DNA of 64,000 nt, taken from positions 1 to 64,000 of IMG/VR virus record IMGVR_UViG_3300021959_004274; one strand, 5' to 3'. The notes under the pieces were generated by a model that ran no database searches, was not told the origin of the DNA, and was given only the letters and a program-made list of their open reading frames with translations. Positions 17,870-27,374 of this stretch are shown piece by piece (the stretch's first letter is position 1; the number at the start of each line of letters is the position of its first letter). The translations under genes were made by a program, and so were the position numbers. The DNA is from a virus.

Positions 17870-20182
17870 CTAAATTTTGCATGAATCGCAGTCATCGTCG
17901 TTGAACTGCTCTTCTTCACTGTTGTTTACTTCTACTGAGTTTGCTACGTCACGATCAATGTCAATTTCGCCTTGACCATCGTGTGTGTTGTTGTAATATA
18001 ACTGTTTACCACCGTATTTATAAAACATAACGATATGTTGGAGTAGTTCACTCATAGGAATTTTATCGTCTTCGTAATACTGTGGATTGTAGGATGTATT
18101 TACTGAAATTCCTTGATCAATATACTTCTGGAGAATGGCCATAATTTTTAGATAACCCTCCGGTGACTTCTGATCCCATAACAGTTCATACTTATTTTTA
18201 AGGCGTCTAAATTCTGGGACAACTTGACGTAATGCACCGTGCTTACTTTGTTTAACAGATATGTAACTACGTGGCGGTTCTACACCGTTAGTTGAGTTAC
18301 TAATCTGTGCTGACGTTTCAGCAGGCATGAGTGCCATTAGTGTTGAATTACGGATGCCTGTTTGTTTAAGTTGTTCACGTAGGCCAGCCCAATCAACATG
18401 GTCAACTGGATCAACTAGCTCGTCAACATCCTTTTTGTAAGTATCAACAGGTAGTACGCCATCATGATACTTAGTTTCGTTTGACTTAGGACATGCACCA
18501 TACTCTTCTGCTAGATCTGCTGATGCTTTGATCAAATAGTAACTCCAATGCTGTGCCCAACGATCTAATTCAGGTAAGCAACTTGGGTCTGAATATGTAA
18601 AATCATTTTTTGCTAACCAGTAAGCAAGGTTAATAATACCTACGCCTAGTGGGCGTCTATTCTGTGTAGCATAAGCGGCCGCTAGTACTGGATAGTTTTG
18701 ATAACTTAATAATGCGTCTAGGCCTCTAACAGCAAGTTCACATGCTTTCTGCATTTCTTCTGGAGTTCTGAATACACCCCAATTGATTGCACTTAGTGTA
18801 CATAATGCAATTTCACCAGTTGGATCATTTAAATCTGTTAATGGTTTAGTAGGTAAATCAATTTCACAACATAAGTTTGATTGTCTTACTGGTGCTAGTT
18901 CAGGGTTAAATGAACCGTGTGTGTTAGCATGATCAACGTTTTGTAGATAAATTCTACCTGTGTCTTTACGCTCTTGTACAAACTGACTAAACAAATCAAT
19001 CGCTTTAATTGTTTTTTTACGTAGACGTGTGTTACGTTCTGCTGTTTCGTAGAGTTCTTTAAACTTGTCCTGGTCAGCAAAGAAAGCGTTATACATTTCT
19101 GGAACGTCATGTGGTGAGAATAATGTAATGTCACCACCTGATAATAATCTTTCATACATTAATTTATTAAACTGTATGCCATAGTCCATGTGACGTACAC
19201 GATTATCATCTGTACCTTTGTTGTTTTTAAGTACTAGTAAGTCTTCAACTTCCAAATGCCAAATAGGATAGTAAAGAGTAGCCGCTCCGTTTCTAACACC
19301 ACCTTGTGAACATGAGCGGGTCGCCGCCTGGAAAAGTTTAAAGAATGGTACAACACCTGTATGATATGCGTCGCCTTTTCTAATAGGTGACTTGATAGCA
19401 CGAATACGTCCTGCACCAATACCTATACCTGCTTTTTGTGAAACGTATCTTACAATACTTGAACTTGTTGCATTAATTGAATCTAACGAGTCATCTGTTT
19501 CAATTAATACACACGAGCTAAACTGTCGCTGACTTGTTCTAACGCCAGCCATAACAGGAGTGGGTAGTGACACTTGGTGTGTTGAAATAGCATCATAGTA
19601 GTCTTTAATATAGCTTAATCTTGTTTCTTTTGGATAGTTACTAAACAAAGTAGCCGCAATTAAAATATAAGTCATCTGTGGTGATTCGTATAGCTCACCT
19701 GTTACTCTATTTTGTACTAGGTACTTGCCACGGAACTGTTCCATAGCAACGTATGTTAATGACTCATCACGCTCGTGTTTAATAAAGGAATTAATGCGAT
19801 CCCACTCTTCTTCTGTGTACAGATCATACAGATCTGGATCATACATACCACGGTCAATGTTTTCTTTAATTAATTTTGTAATGTGCCATGGGTCAAACTG
19901 GCCATATACGTCTTTACGGATATGATAGTTAATTAATCGACCTGCTACGTATTGATAGTTTGGGGTTTCTTCTGTGATTAGATCAGCCGCTGACTTAATA
20001 ACTGTTTCTTGTATGTCTGAAGTTTTAATGCCTTCATAAAACTGTAAGTGACTTTTAATTTCAACTTCACTTGCTGATACACCTGTAATGTCCTCACATG
20101 CCCACATTACTACTTTATGAAGTTTATCAATGATCAACGGTTCTTTATTACCGTTTCTTTTAGTAACTAATATCTCTGCCAT
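17870..20182 (-). CDS. nrdA: Ribonucleotide reductase class Ia alpha subunit
   Basis: ATP cone (VTKRNG), QFSSCVL, SNLCCEI, MPAETS, C-terminal CDSC. No intron or intein seen. Confidence 0.97.
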   Translation of the reverse strand: MAEILVTKRNGNKEPLIIDKLHKVVMWACEDITGVSASEVEIKSHLQFYEGIKTSDIQETVIKSAADLITEETPNYQYVAGRLINYHIRKDVYGQFDPWHITKLIKENIDRGMYDPDLYDLYTEEEWDRINSFIKHERDESLTYVAMEQFRGKYLVQNRVTGELYESPQMTYILIAATLFSNYPKETRLSYIKDYYDAISTHQVSLPTPVMAGVRTSQRQFSSCVLIETDDSLDSINATSSSIVRYVSQKAGIGIGAGRIRAIKSPIRKGDAYHTGVVPFFKLFQAATRSCSQGGVRNGAATLYYPIWHLEVEDLLVLKNNKGTDDNRVRHMDYGIQFNKLMYERLLSGGDITLFSPHDVPEMYNAFFADQDKFKELYETAERNTRLRKKTIKAIDLFSQFVQERKDTGRIYLQNVDHANTHGSFNPELAPVRQSNLCCEIDLPTKPLTDLNDPTGEIALCTLSAINWGVFRTPEEMQKACELAVRGLDALLSYQNYPVLAAAYATQNRRPLGVGIINLAYWLAKNDFTYSDPSCLPELDRWAQHWSYYLIKASADLAEEYGACPKSNETKYHDGVLPVDTYKKDVDELVDPVDHVDWAGLREQLKQTGIRNSTLMALMPAETSAQISNSTNGVEPPRSYISVKQSKHGALRQVVPEFRRLKNKYELLWDQKSPEGYLKIMAILQKYIDQGISVNTSYNPQYYEDDKIPMSELLQHIVMFYKYGGKQLYYNNTHDGQGEIDIDRDVANSVEVNNSEEEQFNDDDCDSCKI

Positions 20183-20183
20183 T

Positions 20184-20615
20184 TTACCCTATCTTTTTTC
20201 TTAAACGTTCACAGTCAAACGTTTCTTTAATATTAAAATTGTATTGTTCTGTACTTATCACTGAACTCAGATCCCAGTTAAGAATATAATCATTATTAAC
20301 TACTAATATTATACAGTCACTGCCAATCTCGTCTACTGCTTTGGCAATTTTAATATCTGCTGATTCGTTAACTAGAATTATAGTATATGCTAAACCAAGA
20401 CAAGAAGCAAGTTCGCAATATCCGTTTTCTGCCAAAAGGTCCCAGGGACCTAACCAATTTGATTGATCGTTCCAGTGTATTAAATGATTAACTCTAGGTG
20501 CGTGACTCCACCATTCATTGATAGCGTCAAGTTGGGGTTTTAATTCGAGGTCTCGGACACGCTCACGTAGATCGTGCCACTCTCGAAGACGAGATTCAAA
20601 GTCTTGTGGCCACAT
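20184..20615 (-). CDS. Hypothetical phage protein
   Basis: 143-aa coupled ORF. Confidence 0.7.
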   Translation of the reverse strand: MWPQDFESRLREWHDLRERVRDLELKPQLDAINEWWSHAPRVNHLIHWNDQSNWLGPWDLLAENGYCELASCLGLAYTIILVNESADIKIAKAVDEIGSDCIILVVNNDYILNWDLSSVISTEQYNFNIKETFDCERLRKKIG

Positions 20616-20616
20616 C

Positions 20617-22194
20617 TTATCTTAGATGTGTTAATGAGTAGTGGATATAACCCGTGGATCCTGTGTTAGTACTTGTATAACGTAATCTAAATGATGAACC
20701 CGATTCGTCTACAGAAAGTACCACGCCAGTGTCTGCATTTTCATTATAGTCATCATAATATGATAATGCGTTTGAGCCTTCTGCTAAAGATACTACTATA
20801 CGTCCAATACGTTTAGCGTCACCTCTAGATATTGAATAGTCTATAGCAAAACAGCAGAAACCGTTTGCTTGTCTTGTGAATACATTTTGAGCAGATGACT
20901 GATTGTTTTCAACTGTTGCTCTTAATCCTGCGTCACGTTTGTAGTTACCATAAGCAACTGATCTGGCATTGTCAAAGTAAATACCTCTAACGTTAGAGCT
21001 AACATCAACACGTACATGAATTAAATCATCTGCATCTGTACGCTCAAACATGTCGCCAACTGAAACATTATCGTTACTTAATATTTGTATTACTGATTCA
21101 CTTGGGTTACCAGTACCGTTAAAGGTATTAGCAACGTTTAGGAAAATGTTGTGTCCTGATATGTTTCTTTCAACATTGTTAAAGTAAATGCCTGAGTCTG
21201 AAATGTCATCAAAAATGTTTTGTGTGATGCGATAGCCTTGTGGACCAACATCTGTTGTATCTTCACCTAACTGTACGCCTCTCCATAGTGTGTGGAAACG
21301 ACCGTTAGTAAATGTAAAACCGTTTGAGTTGTCATCTGCTTTAACACCATAGGTACAACCTTTAAAACTACATTTATCAAATGTAACCATTTCGGGTGTA
21401 GTAGCCGCTGTACCTGCTACTGAAAGGCACTTAGTACCTTTTGAGGCATCCTGTAAATTTGCTTCTAACAATGGACCAGTAAAGTTAACAGAATCAAAAT
21501 AACATTGTTCTGCTGATTCAATCAAGCAAATATGATTTTCAATTGTTGATTCAATTGACATTGAGTGCATTTCAATATACTTAGGAAGTGTTGCTGAGTT
21601 AGCACCAATGTTAGCACCAGTCTGTTGTAGACTGTCTGTTGTTCTTATAACGTATGCTGGTACAGACGAATCTTCAGGGGCCATTCTAATAATACTTGAC
21701 TCAACACCTTCGCCCCATATTTTAGCATAAGGTGGAATTTTAATAGTATCTGATACTCTGTAAATACCTGCTGGGAAGTATAGTGAGCGTCTAATTTCTG
21801 GATTCTTTTCACGACAGAATAATTCATAAAAAGCACGATTAATAGCCGCTGTGTCATCAGCTTCGCCATCACCTACAGCACCAAAGTCTTTAACACTGGC
21901 CATGTCATCTAGTTTACTACCTAGTGTACGTTCAACAGCAGGTTCATCTGTTTTAACTGTGTACCCTGCGGCTAATCCTTTGTAAGTATATGCTGATGCA
22001 ACTGATAATACATCACTGAACTCTGTAAGAACTTCAGTGTTTCCAATTACTGGAGCACCTTCTACTAAGGTACCATTACCAATGTATAGTCTACGTTGAT
22101 CAACTGACCAACCTAATTCACCACCCGCTAGTTGAGGTAGATTTTCTAATAGACCTTTTCTATGTTGAATTCGTGATATTTGAACTATTGCCAT
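20617..22194 (-). CDS. Tail/baseplate protein with pectate-lyase-like beta-helix
   Basis: N-terminal LPQLAGGELGW..D.RRLYIGNG; SVKDFGAVGDG..DDTAAI...LYFPAGIY. Confidence 0.8.
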   Translation of the reverse strand: MAIVQISRIQHRKGLLENLPQLAGGELGWSVDQRRLYIGNGTLVEGAPVIGNTEVLTEFSDVLSVASAYTYKGLAAGYTVKTDEPAVERTLGSKLDDMASVKDFGAVGDGEADDTAAINRAFYELFCREKNPEIRRSLYFPAGIYRVSDTIKIPPYAKIWGEGVESSIIRMAPEDSSVPAYVIRTTDSLQQTGANIGANSATLPKYIEMHSMSIESTIENHICLIESAEQCYFDSVNFTGPLLEANLQDASKGTKCLSVAGTAATTPEMVTFDKCSFKGCTYGVKADDNSNGFTFTNGRFHTLWRGVQLGEDTTDVGPQGYRITQNIFDDISDSGIYFNNVERNISGHNIFLNVANTFNGTGNPSESVIQILSNDNVSVGDMFERTDADDLIHVRVDVSSNVRGIYFDNARSVAYGNYKRDAGLRATVENNQSSAQNVFTRQANGFCCFAIDYSISRGDAKRIGRIVVSLAEGSNALSYYDDYNENADTGVVLSVDESGSSFRLRYTSTNTGSTGYIHYSLTHLR

Positions 22195-22230
22195 TGCTTC
22201 TTTTATCCTAGTTTATATGATAGTATTTAT

Positions 22231-22587
22231 CTAGTTGACAAGATAGATGACTAACAAATAATAGGTCGTAAAGTGAAATAATTGATCTACAACAGCAATC
22301 CACCACCAAACTTTGTCTTTACGTTCACAACCTAAGCCGTGTTGTACTCTATGCTTACAAAAGTCTATGTGCCAGTGTGCTATGTAGTCTAACAGTGATG
22401 CTAGTAGTGCTGTTTTAACATCAACAAATAGGAATACTAAGAAAGTACCTATTGCATGATGTAAGTAATGGCTATGACAGCCAAAGTAATTGTATTTGGC
22501 GTCTGTTTTACCCCATAATAATTGTGCTTGTAATCCAAGATCAATTATGACGTGCTTTACAAATAATAAAAATAGTATTTCAGACAT
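22231..22587 (-). CDS. Membrane protein with HxxxD motifs (DUF3307-like)
   Basis: KHVIID..LQ, HWHIDF, DQLFH. Confidence 0.7.
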   Translation of the reverse strand: MSEILFLLFVKHVIIDLGLQAQLLWGKTDAKYNYFGCHSHYLHHAIGTFLVFLFVDVKTALLASLLDYIAHWHIDFCKHRVQHGLGCERKDKVWWWIAVVDQLFHFTTYYLLVIYLVN

Positions 22588-23269
22588 TATGATGATTCTT
22601 ATAGTATTCTTCGACTCGTTGCCACCAAAGATCTCGCCACATATCAAACTCCGTGCCTTCGCTGATGAACTCTTGATATTTATAGTCTTTTGAACACATA
22701 AGAACTACACCCTTACGTATGTTGGTTCCGTATACTTCATTGTGTGCTTCTGCGTATGCGGCCAACTGTAAGAAATAGTCTTCAATCCATTCTCTTTTTT
22801 TAGGTTTGTTAGTTTGTTTAAAGTCAAGTATAGCAGGTTCGCCTTTGTGTACCCCTACAAGGTCTGTAGTACCTGCGTATATTTGTGGATGATATAAGGC
22901 AATTTCAGTACCCCAATATTCATCCACATTTTTAAGTCCTTCTTCAATTACAATTTTAGCCATGTCTAAACTTTGTTGTGCAAAAGGATTTCCTACACTT
23001 TCTTTTAGCTCTTCACCTAGCACATACTTTTCTAAATAAGTGTGCATTCGTGTTCCTCTATTGGCCGCTTCTGTAACTATTTCAGTTGCTTTGGCTTCAC
23101 CTACACTTTTACGCCAGTTTGCCAGAGCTTGTTGTTTTTCTTTTGATTTAGTTTTGTCCAATATAGTTGTAACACTTGGAACTGCGTTACCATCAGGACA
23201 TGTATATAGTCGTTTGCCGTTTACACTTTCTCTTGATAATTCTTTATAATCAAATTTGTTTGTTATCAT
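22580..23269 (-). CDS. PD-(D/E)XK exonuclease
   Basis: PSVTTIL, RGTRMH, YAGTTDL, ILDFKQ, QLAAY. Confidence 0.9.
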   Translation of the reverse strand: MITNKFDYKELSRESVNGKRLYTCPDGNAVPSVTTILDKTKSKEKQQALANWRKSVGEAKATEIVTEAANRGTRMHTYLEKYVLGEELKESVGNPFAQQSLDMAKIVIEEGLKNVDEYWGTEIALYHPQIYAGTTDLVGVHKGEPAILDFKQTNKPKKREWIEDYFLQLAAYAEAHNEVYGTNIRKGVVLMCSKDYKYQEFISEGTEFDMWRDLWWQRVEEYYKNHHNV

Positions 23270-23589
23270 TTTACCGTAAAACTTTCGCCACAACCACATT
23301 CGCCTGTCGCATTAGGATTAATAAATTCAAAGCCTTCGTTTAGCCCTTTTTTAACATAGTCCATTTCTAGACCTTTAAGGTATGCTAGACTTTTCTCGTC
23401 TACTATTATTTTAACACCATTATTGTCAAACACCTTATCCCATTCCTCCAAAGTGTCTACAAACTCTAACACATAGGCCATGCCCGAACACCCTGTGGTT
23501 CTTACACCAACACGAAGTCCTATTGTACCTTCTCTTGAATTAATTGCTGATAGAGCTTTTGCGTGTGCTGAATCTGTCAGAGTTATCAT
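23266..23589 (-). CDS. iscA: A-type Fe-S carrier IscA
   Basis: [12 protein letters not shown]...[11 protein letters not shown]...CGCGESF. Confidence 0.92.
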   Translation of the reverse strand: MITLTDSAHAKALSAINSREGTIGLRVGVRTTGCSGMAYVLEFVDTLEEWDKVFDNNGVKIIVDEKSLAYLKGLEMDYVKKGLNEGFEFINPNATGECGCGESFTVK

Positions 23590-23918
23590 ACTGAAAAACT
23601 TGACCCACACCCACAACTTGTAGTTGCATTTGGATTACGAATAGCAAATTGACTACCTTGTACAGATTCAGTCCAATCAACTTCTGCACCCTGTACATAT
23701 TGTGAACTCATGCTATCTATTAGAATATGTACTCCATCTTTTTCGATATCAAAGTCGTCTTCGTTTTGTTCTTCGTCTAAGGTAAAGCCGTATTGCATAC
23801 CTGAGCAACCGCCACCTTCAACAAACATTCTAACTTTCATGTTAGGATTATTTTCCTCAGCTAGAATTTCTTTTATTTTTGCTACTGCTGAATCTGTTAT
23901 TGTAATTAATTCACCCAT
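23586..23918 (-). CDS. erpA: A-type Fe-S carrier ErpA
   Basis: [11 protein letters not shown]...[14 protein letters not shown]. Confidence 0.9.
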   Translation of the reverse strand: MGELITITDSAVAKIKEILAEENNPNMKVRMFVEGGGCSGMQYGFTLDEEQNEDDFDIEKDGVHILIDSMSSQYVQGAEVDWTESVQGSQFAIRNPNATTSCGCGSSFSV

Positions 23919-24226
23919 CTTAGTGCAAACTCCGTTATTTTGTGTTTATCCACATAAGGATCAAACCATATTTCACTTTTAGTGCCTAGTTCGTGATCGT
24001 ACATATAATTATGTAGTCGCCATCCGTCACCTATGATATATTCTAGACCAATATCTACATCAAATGTTATTGTGCCTATATTAGTGTCTAACCAATTTAA
24101 TATAGGCACATGTAATAACATTTCTCTATTGATATATCTACGCTCTGATTGGCTAAGTTTGCTATAAACTTGTACTAGTTCTTTACTGGCTAGTAAGTTA
24201 TAGTTTAATACAAACTTATGATCCAT
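23906..24226 (-). CDS. Hypothetical protein
   Basis: 106-aa ORF overlapping both neighbours. Confidence 0.6.
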   Translation of the reverse strand: MDHKFVLNYNLLASKELVQVYSKLSQSERRYINREMLLHVPILNWLDTNIGTITFDVDIGLEYIIGDGWRLHNYMYDHELGTKSEIWFDPYVDKHKITEFALRWVN

Positions 24227-24603
24227 TCTTTGAGTTGTAATCTGCTATCGCACTCTTAATAGCATCTTCAGCGAGTACCGAGCAGTGGATTTTAACTGGA
24301 GGGAGTGCCAACTCCTCAACAATGTCGGTGTTCTTAATAGCTGTAGCCTCATCGAGGGTCTTGCCCTTGAGAAGTTCTGTGACAAGACTAGAACTAGCAA
24401 TAGCACTACCACAGCCATACGTTTTAAATTTTGCGTCCGTGATGATTCCATCATCCACCCTGATCTGTAACTTCATGACGTCTCCGTCATCCGCAAGCCG
24501 GAGCACCAACCATACCAGTGCCGACTTGCGGGTCCTCCTTATCTAATGATCCCACATTTCTGGGGTTTTCATAGTGATCTAAGACCTTGGCTGAATAGGC
24601 CAT
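24216..24603 (-). CDS. iscU: Fe-S scaffold IscU, interrupted by 7 extra nt (recoded or pseudogene)
   Basis: 24603-24490 encodes MAYSAKVLDHYENPRNVG...GMVGAPACG, then TGA. The +1 frame from 24482 encodes DVMKLQ...GCGSAIASSS...LPPVKIHC. Confidence 0.93.
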
Positions 24604-24606
24604 AAT

Positions 24607-25197
24607 CTAATCTCCTAAAATAGTTTTAATAACATTATTAGGTTGATAAGAATCCCATTTCTTTCTATTCTCCTCACCTAATATCCATTGTAGATTTTGT
24701 CTACCACCAATAATCACAGGATCTATTCCTAATTCAAACCCTTGCTTAAAAGGAATAATATGATCTAATTGATATTGGTCTTTTCTTTTACCTGTATTAT
24801 CAGGTATTGTTCCTTCTTTCTTCATAGCATACCAAGATCGATATGTTGCTTTACGACACTCTCTTTTGTATGCTGTAAATTCATCATCAACGTAATTTTT
24901 AGGACGTTGATTATTGATCTTGCCGTCCCAGTTAGGATTATTCTCTCCTAACCATCTTTTTGCTTGTTTAGGATTTTCCTTTCCTTTCCAATAACTCCGA
25001 CCTTTTTCTAAACCTTCCAAGTTCATTTTTGTTTTAACAAACTCTTTAGACATTTTCTTGCCTTTGTTCCAGGGTTCATATTCTCCTCGGTTTAAGGGAT
25101 TTTTACATTTTTGAGAGCAATAGTCTAAAAATCTAGGTCTAGTTTCGAACTCAGTTCCACAATGCTTACACTTTTTTATTATACCGTATTTTTTCAT
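24607..25197 (-). CDS. Free-standing HNH homing endonuclease-like protein
   Basis: N-terminal CxxC..YCSxxC zinc module, PWNKGKK (NUMOD-like), YQLDHIIP...NLQ....EENRKK. Start ATG 25197 lies 5 nt after TAAATA. Confidence 0.8.
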   Translation of the reverse strand: MKKYGIIKKCKHCGTEFETRPRFLDYCSQKCKNPLNRGEYEPWNKGKKMSKEFVKTKMNLEGLEKGRSYWKGKENPKQAKRWLGENNPNWDGKINNQRPKNYVDDEFTAYKRECRKATYRSWYAMKKEGTIPDNTGKRKDQYQLDHIIPFKQGFELGIDPVIIGGRQNLQWILGEENRKKWDSYQPNNVIKTILGD

Positions 25198-25250
25198 ACT
25201 AGTATTTATGTCTAGGTGCACCAACGTGTCATTTATAATACTTGAGTATT

Positions 25251-25278
25251 ATTGTACAGTATTTAGCAGGTGTGTCAA
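25251..25278 (-). promoter_or_regulatory. Sigma70-type promoter with embedded TAAATA
   Basis: TTGACA-16-TACAAT upstream of the HNH-iscU-erpA-iscA run. Confidence 0.6.
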
Positions 25279-25282
25279 CCAC

Positions 25283-25314
25283 AAAAAAAAGCTCTGCTAA
25301 AAAACAGAGCTTTT
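25283..25314 (-). terminator. Intrinsic terminator
   Basis: gctctg/cagagc stem followed by a T8 run on the minus strand. Confidence 0.8.
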
Positions 25315-25343
25315 ATGGAGTAGCAACGACCAATGTTGAAAGT

Positions 25344-25664
25344 TTACCTTTTCATTGCTCGTTTTGCCATGGAGGACACCGTTTTACGTGCTTTGTCTAC
25401 ACTCATTGTAGCATTACCCGCTGATGTTAAATCAAAACTAACATGCTGTGGGCTCACGTCTGCAATCATATTCTTTAACGGCGCTCTCTGTGCCATGCTT
25501 TGTAGCTGGCTCAGTGAAATATTAATGCCTAAATTATCTGCCATGTTAAGAAAAGTTTCTGTTCCAACTTTTCCTTTTGTGCCTAAGTCTTCTGAACGAC
25601 TAATAAGATACTGAACTAAGGCCGCAAGTTCCATTTCAGAACCATATACCTCAAACAGTTTCAT
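25344..25664 (-). CDS. Hypothetical, probably virion-associated protein
   Basis: MKLFE N-terminus; coupled ORF. Confidence 0.7.
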   Translation of the reverse strand: MKLFEVYGSEMELAALVQYLISRSEDLGTKGKVGTETFLNMADNLGINISLSQLQSMAQRAPLKNMIADVSPQHVSFDLTSAGNATMSVDKARKTVSSMAKRAMKR

Positions 25665-26515
25665 TAGCGTCTTTCTCTGCCTAAATCTGTATCTAAATCT
25701 GGTTCGTCTGTAATTTCTTCTTCGCTGTCTAGTTCCACATCTGGTTCTTCAACGTCTAAGTCTAAATCTACATCTGTATCAGTAGTGAATTCATCTGGAG
25801 TAATAGTTTCTTCGCCTGTAATTGGTGCCATTGCACTTTCTAAATCTGTTTTTGCCTGTTCTAATGCCTGTACTAGTGTTGATATTGCTGTGTTAGTTGC
25901 ATCATAGTATGCTTGTGTTTGATTAATACCCATTTCTTGTTTCATCATTTGTGCTAGGTTAGGTAAATCTTTATACTGCATTTCTGCAACATCTTCATAC
26001 ATTTTTTGGATTCTATCAACAACGTCTTGAGCCGCTAGTGTTACCTGTGCTTCTTCAACGTCTGCTTCGTTTATCTGTTTAGCTTCGTAAGTTTTTTTCT
26101 TACCGTACTCTTTCATTTTCTTTTTATGAGTAGAGCCACATGCTTCTTCCATTTCGTCGTCATCTTCTTGTGCTGGATCTTCAATATCTGCTGGCATCAT
26201 ACCTGTTGGTGCAGTATGATTCATTTTTCTCTCGCTTGTACCGCCTGCATACGGATTTTTATCGCTAGTTGCTTCGTTTACGTATGCTTCTAATGCTTCT
26301 TTCATCATTAATGCTTGTAAATAAGCTGGATTATTTTCACTAGTATGTCTGGCAATACTTGATTGTACTTCGTTAACTAATTGTGTTGTCTTAGCTAATA
26401 GTGATTGTGCGTGTTCCAATGATAGTCCTGTAACGTCAATCTTACGATTGAAGTAACTTTCCATAAGTTTGCCAACCTGTTTTATTTTATTTGTTGCGAG
26501 TTCTTGCAGTTTCAT
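25664..26515 (-). CDS. Acidic, probable head/scaffold-associated protein
   Basis: MKLQEL start, internal VNE/INE sites, acidic tail ending LGRERR. Confidence 0.65.
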   Translation of the reverse strand: MKLQELATNKIKQVGKLMESYFNRKIDVTGLSLEHAQSLLAKTTQLVNEVQSSIARHTSENNPAYLQALMMKEALEAYVNEATSDKNPYAGGTSERKMNHTAPTGMMPADIEDPAQEDDDEMEEACGSTHKKKMKEYGKKKTYEAKQINEADVEEAQVTLAAQDVVDRIQKMYEDVAEMQYKDLPNLAQMMKQEMGINQTQAYYDATNTAISTLVQALEQAKTDLESAMAPITGEETITPDEFTTDTDVDLDLDVEEPDVELDSEEEITDEPDLDTDLGRERR

Positions 26516-26975
26516 TATCAAATCCTTTTTGTTGATAGTATTTAGCTAAGTTAATAGTGTCACGTAACTTAATTTTAATATCGCCTCTTATAGCAATATC
26601 ATTTATTACTAAATCGGCCATCAACATTCTTCTTTCGTTATCTTTAGTGGTATCCATAATATGTTTATGATTTACAATATCCCACTCAAGCCTTTGTATT
26701 CTCTTGTCCTCGTTAAGCAAATGTATTGATTCTTCTATTCTGGCATGCTGTTCTAAAATACAAAACGCCAATGCGTTTCTACTAGATGTAAATTCGTGCA
26801 AAACATCGCCTGCACGTCTAACAGCAAAATAGCCATCCTTGGTTGGAGTGATTGTGTAACGTCTGAATACTATGTAATTGTCTTTAACTTTAACAATTAT
26901 ATTTGATGAAAGGCTTTGTAGACTCTGAGAGGCAACTTGTTTTAACTTTTTGTATTTTTGGTCTATGTTAGACAT
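26487..26975 (-). CDS. Hypothetical protein
   Basis: About 162-aa ORF. Confidence 0.65.
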   Translation of the reverse strand: MSNIDQKYKKLKQVASQSLQSLSSNIIVKVKDNYIVFRRYTITPTKDGYFAVRRAGDVLHEFTSSRNALAFCILEQHARIEESIHLLNEDKRIQRLEWDIVNHKHIMDTTKDNERRMLMADLVINDIAIRGDIKIKLRDTINLAKYYQQKGFDNETARTRNK

Positions 26976-26977
26976 AG

Positions 26978-27253
26978 TTACCAAACAAACTTAGTTAATA
27001 ACCAACCTACAACACCTATTAACATTGTAATAGCGGTGCCAGCCCAAGTAATCAGTTGTGTAGAACGACGACGATCAAGATGTACTATCATATCTTTGAT
27101 TTCGCCGACTGATCGTTCTAATGAACTAACTTTTTTCTCAACTGTGTCTAATTTAGTTTCCAACGCATCGTACCTTTCGGCACATAATTCAACGTGGGCT
27201 TCTAAATTTTCTTTCTCAATTTGAGTAGTACTCAATGCTCTTTTTCTCCACAA
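26978..27253 (-). CDS. Small coiled-coil protein with C-terminal TM (holin-like)
   Basis: LEAHVELCAERY, coiled coil, one TM. True start is probably TTG at LSTTQ. Confidence 0.6.
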   Translation of the reverse strand: MWRKRALSTTQIEKENLEAHVELCAERYDALETKLDTVEKKVSSLERSVGEIKDMIVHLDRRRSTQLITWAGTAITMLIGVVGWLLTKFVW

Positions 27254-27374
27254 GGATATTAAAGCATTAACTGTATGCTGAGCCTATTGTTTGCCTATAT
27301 GTGCCTATTTTTTGTCTTGTTATGCTTTGCTAGATTAGATCTAGTTGCTTATACGTTTTATTTATCATTATCGA

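Noticed and set aside
16733-20182. Introns or inteins in nrdA/nrdB (also checked terminase, helicase, uvsX)
   Set aside because: The ORFs are continuous and of normal length, with no intein motifs.
24487-24489. Selenocysteine or simple readthrough at the iscU TGA
   Set aside because: The downstream IscU sequence is in the +1 frame, so in-frame decoding of UGA gives RRRHE... rather than IscU. Cys37 is already encoded by TGC.
24216-24509. ORF-track 97-aa IscU starting at TTG 24509
   Set aside because: The N-terminus MVLRLAD is not homologous to IscU and lacks Cys37. The true N-terminus is in another frame from 24603.
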